Sequence record: SRR31156797_966
Reading direction: 5' to 3' (one strand)
DNA: 50,326 bases
Below the pieces are notes generated by a model. The model was not told where the DNA came from and searched no databases. It saw nothing but the letters and a program-made list of their open reading frames with translations. This document shows, in pieces, positions 26,625 to 36,609 of the stretch. Made by a program: the position numbers and the translations under genes. The first letter of the stretch is position 1. Each line of letters begins with the position of its first letter.

Positions 26625-28232
26625 ATGAAGATTACTTTCATGGGAGCCGCCAAAACTGTTACCGGTTCCTGTTATATCATTGAGACTGATAATGCCAGAT
26701 TTGCTGTGGACTGCGGTCTTCATCAGGGTAACGCTGAGATTGAAAAGCGTAACCGGGGTATTTCTGATTATGACCCCAAGAATCTTGATTTTATCTTGAT
26801 CACCCATGCCCATATCGACCATACCGGGTTGCTTCCCGCTGCGGTGCGGGCCGGGTTTAAAGGTCCTATCTATATGACTACCCCGACTCGGGATTTACTT
26901 GATATCATGTTGCTGGACAGTGCTTACATTCAGGAAATGGAAACAGAGTGGGCCAACCGTAAAAGACTGCGTAAGGGCATGTCTCCCATTTCTCCCATCT
27001 ATCAGCAGGACGATGCGCTTAAGACTGTGCCGCTTATGCGTACCATTCAATATGGGGCCAGTTTTGATCCTGCTGAGGGCGTGACTGTAAACTTTAAGGA
27101 TGCAGGACACATCCTCGGTTCCGCATTTATTGAGCTGTGGATTAAAGAAAACGGGGAGACTACTAAGATTGTTTTTTCCGGGGACCTTGGACACAAGGAC
27201 CAGTTAATTGTGCGTAACCCCAGTATTATTGAGAAGGCTGATTACCTGCTCATGGAATCCACATATGGTGATCGTAATCATAAGGATTCTTCTAACAGTC
27301 TTGGTGAATTGGCCGAAGCAATTAAATGGAGCTACGAGCGTGGCGGCAAGGTTGTTATCCCGGCTTTTGCGGTGGAACGTTCACAGCAGCTTATCTATAC
27401 TTTACATCTGCTTTATAAGGACGGCAAACTTCCTGCGGACATGCCAGTTTATCTGGACAGCCCTCTTGCAATCAGAGCCACTGAAATTTTCAGAAATCAT
27501 CCGGAATTTTTCGACCTTGATACCAAGGAGTTAATGCATAACGGCGATGATCCACTTTCTTTGCCAAGGTTGAAATTTACTCTGACCACCGAGGAATCGC
27601 AGGCCATCAACAATACTGAAGGTCCGGCTATTGTTATTTCTGCCAGCGGTATGGCCAACGCAGGGCGTATCAAACACCACTTGCGTCATAATATCTGGCG
27701 AAAAGATTCCAGTGTGGTATTTGTAGGTTATCAGGGCGTGGGTACTCCGGGCCGTAAACTTGTCAACGGTGCTGACAGCATTACGATTTTTGGCGAAAAA
27801 CTGGCTGTGGAGGCGAAAATCTTCACTATTAACGGTTTTTCCGGTCACGCCGGTCAGGATGAGATGATCGATTGGTTGAAACACTTTGACAGTCCGGCCA
27901 TGAAAGTCATATTGACCCACGGCGAGCCTAAGGGCCAGAAAGTGCTGTCCGGTCGCATCAAGCAGGAACTTGGTTACAAGGTGCATATTGCCGATTATCG
28001 GGAAGAGCTGATGCTTGTGCCCGGTGGTGAAATGCAACCTGTACTCAAGGGCAAGCCTGCCAAGCCGGAAATTGATTGGGATTTTCTGCTTCAGGATTCG
28101 GAAAAGCTTTTTAAGGAATTCAGGGGCAGGCTGGATAAAGTGCAAGCCCAGTCCTTTCTCAGTCAGACAGAGCTTAGGGACAGGCTGCTTGAAATTAACC
28201 GTCAGGTTATTGAACTTATTTCGGAATTGTAG
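26625..28232 (+). CDS. Metallo-beta-lactamase beta-CASP ribonuclease
   Basis: GAAKTVTGSC, VDCG, THAHIDHTG, AGHILGS, FSGDLG, ESTYG, FSGHAG, LTHGE. Confidence 0.92.
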   Translation: MKITFMGAAKTVTGSCYIIETDNARFAVDCGLHQGNAEIEKRNRGISDYDPKNLDFILITHAHIDHTGLLPAAVRAGFKGPIYMTTPTRDLLDIMLLDSAYIQEMETEWANRKRLRKGMSPISPIYQQDDALKTVPLMRTIQYGASFDPAEGVTVNFKDAGHILGSAFIELWIKENGETTKIVFSGDLGHKDQLIVRNPSIIEKADYLLMESTYGDRNHKDSSNSLGELAEAIKWSYERGGKVVIPAFAVERSQQLIYTLHLLYKDGKLPADMPVYLDSPLAIRATEIFRNHPEFFDLDTKELMHNGDDPLSLPRLKFTLTTEESQAINNTEGPAIVISASGMANAGRIKHHLRHNIWRKDSSVVFVGYQGVGTPGRKLVNGADSITIFGEKLAVEAKIFTINGFSGHAGQDEMIDWLKHFDSPAMKVILTHGEPKGQKVLSGRIKQELGYKVHIADYREELMLVPGGEMQPVLKGKPAKPEIDWDFLLQDSEKLFKEFRGRLDKVQAQSFLSQTELRDRLLEINRQVIELISEL

Positions 28233-28234
28233 AT

Positions 28235-28795
28235 ATGAGACTGATAAGCGGCAAATACGGCGGTCGGGTAATCAAAACCGCCAGCGGACCAGGTTACCGT
28301 CCGGCAACCTCCAAGGTTCGGCAGGCCATTTTTTCCATGCTCGAATCAAGGGGGGTGGAATGGGACGGTCTGCGTGTGGCGGATATGTTCGCCGGGAGCG
28401 GCAGCCTTGCCATTGAGGCCTTGAGTCGTGGTGCGGAGTTCGCTCTTTTTGTGGAAAAAAACGGGCGTGCCGCAAACTTGATTAATACCAATCTTAAGGA
28501 TTTGGGTGCTTCCCCCAAGGAATATAAGGTTTTTAAGACCGACCTGTTCAAAGTGCTCGGAAAAGCCCCGGATAAACCTTACGATCTTATTTTTATCGAC
28601 CCTCCTTATGGATATGATCTGCTGCCCAAGGCCCTTGATGCGGCTCTTGAAAACGGCTGGCTTTCCGAGGACGGATTTGTGCTGGCGGAAGTTGAGGATA
28701 AAGTAGAACCACCTGAATCGGAACATGTGGAGCTCCTCGATTTGCTGGTAAACAAACTTTATGGTCAAACAAGGATTCTATTATGGCAGAAGTAA
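28235..28795 (+). CDS. rsmD: 16S rRNA (guanine(966)-N2)-methyltransferase
   Basis: MRLISGKYGGR, RPAT.KVRQAIFS, DMFAGSGSLAIEALSRGA, FIDPPY. Confidence 0.93.
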   Translation: MRLISGKYGGRVIKTASGPGYRPATSKVRQAIFSMLESRGVEWDGLRVADMFAGSGSLAIEALSRGAEFALFVEKNGRAANLINTNLKDLGASPKEYKVFKTDLFKVLGKAPDKPYDLIFIDPPYGYDLLPKALDAALENGWLSEDGFVLAEVEDKVEPPESEHVELLDLLVNKLYGQTRILLWQK

Positions 28796-29283
28796 AGCCA
28801 GTAACAGCAGTATTTCCCGGAACTTTTGATCCTTTTACTCGCGGCCATTTTTCATTGGTCATGCGCGGGATCAAGACATTTCATAAAGTAATCGTTGCCA
28901 TAGCGGGCAGCACCTCCAAGAATACAAAGTTTTCTCTTGAGGAGCGGGTGGACATGGCAAAACGTATTTTCGAACACCACCCACAGGTGGAGGTCGATTC
29001 CTTTGACGGTTTGCTTGTCCATTATGTGGAGCAAAGTCCGGCCAATGTGATCATGCGTGGTTTGCGTGCGGTTTCCGATTTTGAATATGAATTCCAAATG
29101 GCACTTATGAACCGTCGCCTTGATAACGATATCCAGACAGTCTTCCTGATGACCGACTACAAATGGATGTATCTCAGTTCTTCTATTATCAAGGATGTGG
29201 CTGTGAATGGTGGAGATATTAAAGGTCTCGTGCCGCGTCAGATTTACGATGAAGTAATCGAAAGGCTTGTTCCTGGAAAATAG
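28783..29283 (+). CDS. coaD: Phosphopantetheine adenylyltransferase
   Basis: FPGTFDPFTRGH, RGLRAVSDFEYEFQMALMNR, LSSSIIK. Confidence 0.96.
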   Translation: MAEVKPVTAVFPGTFDPFTRGHFSLVMRGIKTFHKVIVAIAGSTSKNTKFSLEERVDMAKRIFEHHPQVEVDSFDGLLVHYVEQSPANVIMRGLRAVSDFEYEFQMALMNRRLDNDIQTVFLMTDYKWMYLSSSIIKDVAVNGGDIKGLVPRQIYDEVIERLVPGK

Positions 29284-30204
29284 ATGATGGAAAAGCGCAG
29301 ACCAGTTGTATGCATTCTTGGGCCCACCGGGGCCGGGAAGACAGCCACTTCACTCGGCATGGCCCGGAAATTTCCGGTGCGGGTAATCAATTTTGATTCC
29401 CGGCAGGTTTACGCCGATTTCCCGGTGATCACTGCTCAGCCCAGCGCGGAGGAAAGAGCGGTCTGTCCGCACGAGCTTTATGGTTTTCTGCCCACCACCG
29501 AAACCCTTAATGCTTCGGGATTTGTCGACCTCGCCAAGGAGCGTATTGGCGCTGCGGCAGTCGATGAACTCCCTGTTTTGGTTGGGGGAACGGGCATGTA
29601 TCTGCAAAGTTTAATTTCCGGTCTTGCCCCTATCCCCGACATTCCGGATGAGATTCGGGAGCGTATCCGCAAGCGGGCGGAAGAGGAGGGCGGGCCGGCT
29701 CTCTATGCCGAGCTTGAAAAGGTTGACCCGGAATACTGCAAGCGCACCCACCCCAACAATCGCCAGCGTAATGCCCGTGCTCTTGAGGTCTACGAGGCGA
29801 CAGGCAAGCCTTTTACTTGGTGGCATAATCGCGAAGTTCCGCCTTCTCCGTATAATTTTTTAAAGATTGGCATTAAGGTTGATCTTGATGAATTGACCCC
29901 GTTGCTCAAGCTGCGCATTGAAAAGATGCTTGAAGTAGGGGCAGTGGAAGAAGCGCGCAAGGCTTGGGAAAAGTGCCCGGATGAAAACGCACCCGGCTGG
30001 ACCGGGATTGGTTGCATTGAGCTGATGCGGTTCATCAAGGGTGAAATTGACATGGATGAAACCATAATGCTCTGGGTTAAGAATACCCGTGCCTATGCCA
30101 AACGGCAGCTGACTTGGTTCAAGCGCGAGCAGGACATCCATTGGTTCGCACCCAGCGAGCATGGCAAGGCTGTTAAATTTGTAGAGCAGTGGCTTGCGGA
30201 TTGA
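29284..30204 (+). CDS. miaA: tRNA dimethylallyltransferase
   Basis: GPTGAGKT, DSRQVY, VGGTGMY, RALEVY, TRAYAKRQLTWF. Confidence 0.96.
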   Translation: MMEKRRPVVCILGPTGAGKTATSLGMARKFPVRVINFDSRQVYADFPVITAQPSAEERAVCPHELYGFLPTTETLNASGFVDLAKERIGAAAVDELPVLVGGTGMYLQSLISGLAPIPDIPDEIRERIRKRAEEEGGPALYAELEKVDPEYCKRTHPNNRQRNARALEVYEATGKPFTWWHNREVPPSPYNFLKIGIKVDLDELTPLLKLRIEKMLEVGAVEEARKAWEKCPDENAPGWTGIGCIELMRFIKGEIDMDETIMLWVKNTRAYAKRQLTWFKREQDIHWFAPSEHGKAVKFVEQWLAD

Positions 30205-30253
30205 GTCCGGGAAGGGTAAGTAATCCCAGAAAAGATAATTAAGCTAATTTGGA

Positions 30254-31309
30254 ATGCATATGAAAAAATATATATTTCTCGTTTTACTTATCCTAATATT
30301 TGCTGTCTCTTCCGTGTCCGCACAGGAGCATGCTGCAGATAATGGCAACGGCTTTGGCGGATTGATTGCGAGATCTGACGGTACAGTTATTAACTGGGGT
30401 GATGGCTTTATTTCCGCTTCTTCGGAAATAAAGTTATTGTCGGACAGCATTGATCCTGTGCGCAGTAAGGCTCTTGCCGTGCGTCAGGGTGGTGTTGAGT
30501 CCCGCAAGAGATTGCTGGATGCGGTTCTTTCCCTGCCGCTGGATAGTCGTCGCAAGGTCTCCTCCATCATTAAGAATGATATCAAGTCCTTGAATTCCCT
30601 GCGCGGTTATGTGCAGAATTCATTGCTCAATACTTCCGCTGATGCAAACGGGACAGTGGTTGTAACCTCTTCCCTCAACCTGCGTAACGGTCTTTCTTCC
30701 ATTATCATTCCGCCTACCCTTTCTTTTCAGACCGGCATACCTCCGACCATTTCCGGTGAGCGCGGTGAGACCGGAGCTGAACTGCAGGCTTTGGAAAGTG
30801 AAGAAAACGGCTATATTGACAGTTCCGTTTATAGCGGCGTGCTAGTCGATGCCCGGGGGCTTGATTGCAACCCGGTGCTGCTTCCCCTTATCTATGATGG
30901 CCGGGGAGTGGGTGTGTACGGGCCGTTTGCGGTTAGCAGGGAATCTGTTCTCAAGCGTGGACTTGTAACTTATATGGTTGACGATAAATCCGAGAATCTG
31001 CGTTCACGGGTTGGAAATTTTCCTTTGAAGGTCAAGGTAGTTAACACTCACGGATCTTCCCGTAGCAACTACATTCTTTCTCTTGATGATGCTGTCAAGG
31101 TCAGGGCTGTGCTTAAGCGCAGGATCGTGAGCGAGAATTGCTCTGTAGTCATTCTTGTAGATAATCCTGATAGGGCTGTAAGAAATGCTGAATCCTTAGA
31201 GTCAGCTGATGAAGAACAGTCGCAGGAAATGAATGTGGTGACTAATGAGAGTGAGATTCGGGAAGAGCCACTTGATGCAAATCCAGCAGAACAGAATCAA
31301 CAGCGATAA
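30254..31309 (+). CDS. Exported protein of unknown function (LPP20-like N-terminal region)
   Basis: Signal peptide; INWGDGFISA, YSGVLVDARGL..P.L.P.IYD; acidic tail. Confidence 0.65.
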   Translation: MHMKKYIFLVLLILIFAVSSVSAQEHAADNGNGFGGLIARSDGTVINWGDGFISASSEIKLLSDSIDPVRSKALAVRQGGVESRKRLLDAVLSLPLDSRRKVSSIIKNDIKSLNSLRGYVQNSLLNTSADANGTVVVTSSLNLRNGLSSIIIPPTLSFQTGIPPTISGERGETGAELQALESEENGYIDSSVYSGVLVDARGLDCNPVLLPLIYDGRGVGVYGPFAVSRESVLKRGLVTYMVDDKSENLRSRVGNFPLKVKVVNTHGSSRSNYILSLDDAVKVRAVLKRRIVSENCSVVILVDNPDRAVRNAESLESADEEQSQEMNVVTNESEIREEPLDANPAEQNQQR

Positions 31310-31327
31310 ATTTACCGGAGCGATAAG

Positions 31328-32284
31328 TTGAATTTTTCAGATAAGATAAAACCTTTTGTTTTGACAGCCTGCGTTGTGGTGCTGTTTTTTTCTGCTCTGC
31401 CTGCCCATGCAGTGAAGGTACAGATCTTCAAGCCTGTTGATCCTGAGAAAGAAGTTTCCCAACGGACTTTGCGTCAGGAAGCGGTCACTGAGGCTTTTGC
31501 CCAAGCTTTGTTCTCCGAAACTTCACGTATGCTTCCCGGAACTTTGTCAGCAGAAAGGACCGAGGCGGTTAAGAATGCTTTCGGCAGCTATTATGAAGAG
31601 TACATTAATGGCTATAAAGATATGAACGTTAAAATGGGCGAAGACGGTGTTTCCGTTGCTATTGATGTGAGCGTGAACCGTAAGGCTTTGCGTGCGGCCA
31701 TGAAAAAGATGGGACTGTTTTCGACTGCTGAAGTGCCTGCTCAAATCAATGTTTCCAATGGAAAATATAAACTCAATGAAGAACGGCAGTTGAAACAAAA
31801 TGAGAAGATTAATGAGTTGATGGCTCTTTATGGGCTGAGTAATGCCACAATGGTCGATAGTAACGGTACTGCTGCGGTTCTTTCAGTTCACCATGCTTCC
31901 AAAAAACGCTGGTCCGGTGATTTACAATCATCTCGTGGAAAGTGGTTTGCATCCGGAAGCAGTATGGAGCGGGTCTGGCGTGAACTCTGGGGAAAATATT
32001 TTGGTTCTGAGAGTATTGAAGCTCTCATGAATCCCAAAGCTGTGCTGGTTGTCAGCGGCTGGTTTAACCCCGAAGGAGTGCGCGAATTCGGACGTAAGCT
32101 GAAGTCATGGGATTCTGCTGCACAAGAAGTTAAGCTGCTTGATGTGGAAATGAAGCCCACTGCAGTTTCTGCAAGCTGGTCCCTTGAAGTTTCAGACCAG
32201 TGGGTATTGCGTGGCTATCTTAACGATTACCTGCCTCCCCGCGGGCTTACTTTCAGTCTGGAGGGACTTGAGGAGGCTAAATAA
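31328..32284 (+). CDS. Exported hypothetical protein
   Basis: 318-aa ORF with GGAG RBS, TTG start, signal peptide ending AHA. Confidence 0.7.
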   Translation: MNFSDKIKPFVLTACVVVLFFSALPAHAVKVQIFKPVDPEKEVSQRTLRQEAVTEAFAQALFSETSRMLPGTLSAERTEAVKNAFGSYYEEYINGYKDMNVKMGEDGVSVAIDVSVNRKALRAAMKKMGLFSTAEVPAQINVSNGKYKLNEERQLKQNEKINELMALYGLSNATMVDSNGTAAVLSVHHASKKRWSGDLQSSRGKWFASGSSMERVWRELWGKYFGSESIEALMNPKAVLVVSGWFNPEGVREFGRKLKSWDSAAQEVKLLDVEMKPTAVSASWSLEVSDQWVLRGYLNDYLPPRGLTFSLEGLEEAK

Positions 32285-32295
32285 AAGGAAGGACC

Positions 32296-32871
32296 GTGCA
32301 GAGCCGTAAAGTCTGGACCATACCTAATCTGATCACTATTTTCAGGATATTGCTGACTCCGGGGTTTGTCATTACCTACCTTGACGGCAACTTTCTTGCG
32401 GCATGGCTGCTGTTTATGGTGGCCGGGGTCTCGGATGGTTTGGACGGTTTTCTGGCCCGGGTCATGAAGCAGCGCACCGAATTTGGAGCTATGATTGATC
32501 CTCTTGCCGATAAAATCTTGTTGGTAACTTCCTTTATCTGTCTTTCCTCACAGGAACTCGTTCCCGTCTGGCTGACCGTTCTTGCTGTCTCCCGTGACCT
32601 GATCATAGTCGGAGGCCTTTTTCTACTGAAATTTTATGGAGTCGAGGTGGAGAAGAGAATTCAGCCTCTTTGGTCCAGCAAGATAACCACCGCACTACAG
32701 CTTTTGGTTGTTTTTTCTGTCCTGACCGGGTTGGCTTTCGGGCTGGATGTGAGTTTTTTGCATCCGGAAGTGGAGATTGTTACCGCTGTTTTTACTTTTG
32801 TTTCCGGGGTTATATATCTCAGGCGTGGGCTGATTATGTTTGCTGAGGAAGTTGATAACGGGACAAAATAA
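32296..32871 (+). CDS. CDP-alcohol phosphatidyltransferase (PgsA-like)
   Basis: TIPNLITIFR, SDGLDGFLAR..G..IDPLADK. Confidence 0.9.
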   Translation: MQSRKVWTIPNLITIFRILLTPGFVITYLDGNFLAAWLLFMVAGVSDGLDGFLARVMKQRTEFGAMIDPLADKILLVTSFICLSSQELVPVWLTVLAVSRDLIIVGGLFLLKFYGVEVEKRIQPLWSSKITTALQLLVVFSVLTGLAFGLDVSFLHPEVEIVTAVFTFVSGVIYLRRGLIMFAEEVDNGTK

Positions 32872-32921
32872 AACCCCGGATCGCAGAGCAAACCGGGGTT
32901 TTGCAGGTGCGACCTGCAAAA
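32870..32921. terminator. Bidirectional terminator (two overlapping hairpins) between convergent genes
   Basis: AAAACCCCGG..CCGGGGTTTT and TTTTGCAGGT-gcg-ACCTGCAAAA. Confidence 0.75.
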
Positions 32922-32943
32922 AAATCAAGCTGACAGCAGAAGC

Positions 32944-33132
32944 TTAGGCTTCTTTATCTTTATCCTTATTTGACGGGGTTACGTCAATTTCTTCAGATTC
33001 GCTGCTTGCCTTTTTAAAATTCTGAATTGCACGGCCCAGACCGCTACCCACTTCGGGAAGCTTTTTAGCTCCGAAAATCAGGATGATAATACCCAAGATC
33101 AAAAGAATTTCTGTGATTCCTAAACCGAACAT
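32944..33132 (-). CDS. tatA: Twin-arginine translocase TatA/E
   Basis: [43 protein letters not shown]. Confidence 0.95.
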   Translation of the reverse strand: MFGLGITEILLILGIIILIFGAKKLPEVGSGLGRAIQNFKKASSESEEIDVTPSNKDKDKEA

Positions 33133-33327
33133 TTTAATCCTCCAATGCTAGACGGTAGTGAACTTTTACACGGGCCTCGCTCTTTGGTCAAGAATGTCTT
33201 CTTATCTCGGAACGACACGGAAAATTTATATTTTTGATCTTTACAAAGCAGCGATGCGTACATAATTCAAACTTTGAATGCTTAACATTTTCAGGCCGCT
33301 GGCCGGGGTGTCCCGGAGGTAAGTGAT

Positions 33328-33696
33328 TTGGCTAAGGTAACCAAAATGCCGGGGCATATGTGCCGGTTTTACAGGAATGGAAGGTGTCTCTATGAAGAGA
33401 TGCTTAATCCCGGGTATAACCGTGATTGGCGTTGCAAGATTATGATTGATCTGGAAGCGGAGTATGACAAGCTTCTGCTGCAGGCCGAAAATTTTAATCT
33501 TGACGAAAAGGCTTTTGGCGATCTCTGGGAGCAAAGAATAGAAGAACACTTGAAATCCACAGTGGTGTGTCGCAAGATGGTTCCTGGCGAAGGGGAGGGC
33601 TTTCCCTTTTGCGCAGCAGTCCATGAAAGGGTCTGCCTGTTTGAATTGCCGGAGTGTGAGGGTGTATGTAGTCGTTTCGAACCGCGCAAAGAATAA
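33328..33696 (+). CDS. Cysteine-rich hypothetical protein
   Basis: GGAGG RBS, TTG start, 8 Cys in two clusters. Confidence 0.7.
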   Translation: MAKVTKMPGHMCRFYRNGRCLYEEMLNPGYNRDWRCKIMIDLEAEYDKLLLQAENFNLDEKAFGDLWEQRIEEHLKSTVVCRKMVPGEGEGFPFCAAVHERVCLFELPECEGVCSRFEPRKE

Positions 33697-33732
33697 ATTA
33701 GTGAATTGTTGGGTCTAAAAAGGAGTTCTGCC

Positions 33733-34536
33733 GTGTTGATATATTTCCCGCAAATGCATGAAGAGTTGGTGGAAGAAAAGGTTGAGGGCGCTTTGATTTT
33801 CGATCCGGGTATTGATCGGGAAGCGGCTGATAAAGTTTCTGTTTATCGCCCTGATGATCTGCCAGTTGAACCTCAGACCTGCCGCCGTATGGTTGACGAT
33901 TTTATCAGTTACGGTGAAAGCCTCGGTGATATGTTTAAGTTTATCGCCAATCCCCAGCCCAATAACAAAGACCATTTTGGTGAAAGAACCAGCGCTATTC
34001 AGAGCGAACTAGCTGCACGTATTTCTCCTGATGCAGAAGACAAGAGCGATGAAGAAGCACGTATTCAGAATCAGGTCGTGTTGGCTCTTTGCTATGCTTA
34101 CGAGGAAAAACATCTTGAACTTGGGTCCCTTGAACAGAATTTGAGTGAGAAATGGGCCGGGTTTGGTGAAAGCCTTGGTTTGGATGTGGATAGTGAAGAT
34201 GACCGCAAGGCCATGGCTCTCGGCGGACTTATGGCCAATCTGCCCGGTTTGGGTGGCGGAGACTTGCAGCTGCCGTGGCAGAAGGTATTGGAAGGTTTCG
34301 CTTTATTGCTGCCGGAGAATTCCGTGCTGGTTACCGGGGATGTTGATGCCGTATCTCTTTGGCGGGATCGTGATATTGAATTTTATGAAAAAGAAGGACT
34401 GCTGGCGGAAAAAGCTCTGGTGCTCCGCGAAAAGGCGTGGAAGCTGCTGGATCTTTCCGGATTGCCCGAGGACAAGCCTTGGCTTGACCGGGAATTTACT
34501 GTGGTTCTCAATGTAAAAGCTGAAGAAAGTGCTTAA
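33733..34536 (+). CDS. Hypothetical acidic protein
   Basis: AAGGAG RBS before GTG 33733 (ORF open from 33706); operonic spacing. Confidence 0.75.
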   Translation: MLIYFPQMHEELVEEKVEGALIFDPGIDREAADKVSVYRPDDLPVEPQTCRRMVDDFISYGESLGDMFKFIANPQPNNKDHFGERTSAIQSELAARISPDAEDKSDEEARIQNQVVLALCYAYEEKHLELGSLEQNLSEKWAGFGESLGLDVDSEDDRKAMALGGLMANLPGLGGGDLQLPWQKVLEGFALLLPENSVLVTGDVDAVSLWRDRDIEFYEKEGLLAEKALVLREKAWKLLDLSGLPEDKPWLDREFTVVLNVKAEESA

Positions 34537-34550
34537 GGAGCAATTTGAAT

Positions 34551-35261
34551 ATGGAATCCATACATATCAGCCCGGTAACTCCTCCGGATGTGGTTAAGAA
34601 TATCAAAGGTGTAATTTTTGATTGTGACGGGGTCTTGATCAATTCCTTTGAATCCAATAAGTGGTACTACAACAAGTTTAAGGAAAAATTTGGCCTTGAA
34701 CTTATGGATGCCGAAGAAGAAAAAGCCGTCCATGCGTTAACCCATGCCGCAGCCTTGAAGCATATCCTGCCTGAAGAATTCCATGAAGAAGCCTTTGCCT
34801 TCAGCTCTGAGCCCTCACTGAAGGAAGGGATCAATTATATTGAAGTGGAAGAAGGGTTAACCCGTCTACTTGAGTGGCTGCGAACCAACAATATCCGTAT
34901 GGGCATTAATACCAATCGTACTGATACCTTGCCGTTGGTTTTACAGATGTTTGATATTGAAGCTTTTTTTTCGCCCATGGTTACTTCGCAGACCCTGCCC
35001 AACAGCAAGCCGCATCCAGAGGGCGTTCATTACATTCTTGATAAATGGAACATGAAGCCTGAGGAAGTTGTTTATATCGGTGATACCTGGGTGGATGAGA
35101 GTTGCGCTGAGCGTGCCGGGGTTGAGTTTTGGGCTTATCGTAGTCCAACTCTTAGCGCCCGTTTACATGTGGACAGTTATTGGACTCTTTGTAACCTGCT
35201 GGAAAAAGCTCGCAATGATGTCTGGTCCAGCTGCGGATGCGATCAGCAAAAGTTTATTTAA
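34551..35261 (+). CDS. HAD-superfamily hydrolase
   Basis: IFDCDGVL, INTNR, KPHPE, YIGDT.VD. Confidence 0.9.
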   Translation: MESIHISPVTPPDVVKNIKGVIFDCDGVLINSFESNKWYYNKFKEKFGLELMDAEEEKAVHALTHAAALKHILPEEFHEEAFAFSSEPSLKEGINYIEVEEGLTRLLEWLRTNNIRMGINTNRTDTLPLVLQMFDIEAFFSPMVTSQTLPNSKPHPEGVHYILDKWNMKPEEVVYIGDTWVDESCAERAGVEFWAYRSPTLSARLHVDSYWTLCNLLEKARNDVWSSCGCDQQKFI

Positions 35262-35452
35262 ATCAGTATGAAGGAGTAGGGGGGAGCTGTCAGGGCTTGA
35301 TTTTCCTGTTTCTCCTTTGTGATCCGTGTTCTTATATTTAATTGAATTCAGTTAAATTTGGAAAAACAGTTGATTCTTGAATCCTGCTGTGCCAATTTAT
35401 AGTCAAGATCGGAAGCCATCGCTTCTGATCCAGTCCGTTAGGAGTATGTTAA

Positions 35453-35743
35453 ATGGATTACGTGATTCTTGCCGTGGCGAAGGTCCTTTCGCTTGTTCTT
35501 AATCTCTATATGTGGGTGGTTATCATTTCCGCCCTGATTACTTGGGTCAATCCTGATCCTTACAATCCCATTGTCAAATTTTTGCGCAGCGTGACTGAGC
35601 CTGTTTTCGCTAAAGTGCGGCAGTATCTTCCTTTTGTAAATATTGGCGGATTTGATCTTTCCCCCATTGTTGTGCTTCTGGCTATCCAGATGCTCGACAT
35701 TGCTCTGGTGGGTAACCTCACCAGACTCGCTTATGGTATGTAG
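35453..35743 (+). CDS. yggT: YggT family membrane protein
   Basis: WVNPDPYNPIV.FL..VTEP, GFDLSPIV. Confidence 0.92.
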   Translation: MDYVILAVAKVLSLVLNLYMWVVIISALITWVNPDPYNPIVKFLRSVTEPVFAKVRQYLPFVNIGGFDLSPIVVLLAIQMLDIALVGNLTRLAYGM

Positions 35744-35758
35744 ATGCCGGAGGTGGGC

Positions 35759-36262
35759 ATGAGTCTTTCGAAAATAGACTTACTTAATAAAAAGTTCTCA
35801 AAATCCCTGTTCGGGTACTCCAAGAGCGAAGTGGACCAGCTTATGGTCGAACTTGCGGAGGTTTTGGGTGCTTCTGCTGATGAGAAAAAGCAGCTTCAGA
35901 AGATGGTCTCCCGCCGGGAGAGCACTATTACCGAGTTTCGCCAGCGTGAAGAAACCCTGCGCGATACCCTGATGACCACCCAGAAGATGGTGGATGACCT
36001 TAAGGCTACCGCAAGGAAAGAGGCCGAGGTTATCATCAACGAAGCCCACTCAAGGGCTGAGGTGATTTTGCAGCAGGCTCATAACAGGCTGGCTCAGATC
36101 CACGAGGACATCAACGAGCTGAAGCGGCAGAGAACACGGTTTGAGGTTGAGCTGAAAGCCCTCCTTGAATCCCATCTCAAGACTTTGGAGATAGGTGATC
36201 CCGAAGTTGAGAAAGTCGAAGCCATCGAATCCAAACTTAAATTCTTCAAGAAGGCCAAGTGA
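35759..36262 (+). CDS. DivIVA domain protein
   Basis: IDLLNKKFSKSLFGYSKSEVD followed by coiled coil; GGAGG RBS before ATG 35759. Confidence 0.88.
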   Translation: MSLSKIDLLNKKFSKSLFGYSKSEVDQLMVELAEVLGASADEKKQLQKMVSRRESTITEFRQREETLRDTLMTTQKMVDDLKATARKEAEVIINEAHSRAEVILQQAHNRLAQIHEDINELKRQRTRFEVELKALLESHLKTLEIGDPEVEKVEAIESKLKFFKKAK

Positions 36263-36579
36263 GCGAAGTTACAGCTGAACTCCCCTCTTACATCAGACCC
36301 TGCGGACATGGTTCGTGGAGGGTCTCCGTGTGGGTGCAGCCCGGTGCCAAAAATGAGGGTGTTACCGGGGAGTATCAGGACAGTGTGCGTGTACGTATAA
36401 ACGCGCCAGCTGTTGATAACAAAGCCAACAAGGCTCTTGCCGTATTTGTCGCGACCCGTCTGGGTCTCAAAAAGCGAAATATTTCCATTGCATCAGGGCA
36501 TTCCAACCGTAAAAAGGTTTTACTGGTTGAGTCTGATGTTGAACCGCGCTGGGAAGGGATAATCCCTGCCGGCGCCTGA
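36259..36579 (+). CDS. DUF167/YggU family protein
   Basis: VWVQPGAK, RINAPAVDNKANKAL, GHSNRKK. Confidence 0.88.
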   Translation: MSEVTAELPSYIRPCGHGSWRVSVWVQPGAKNEGVTGEYQDSVRVRINAPAVDNKANKALAVFVATRLGLKKRNISIASGHSNRKKVLLVESDVEPRWEGIIPAGA

Positions 36580-36609
36580 GTTGCAAACCATTGCAAAAAG
36601 GAGTTTCAA

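Noticed and set aside
26625-28232. beta-CASP nuclease as a defence gene
   Set aside because: Embedded in the housekeeping rsmD-coaD-miaA operon with no defence context
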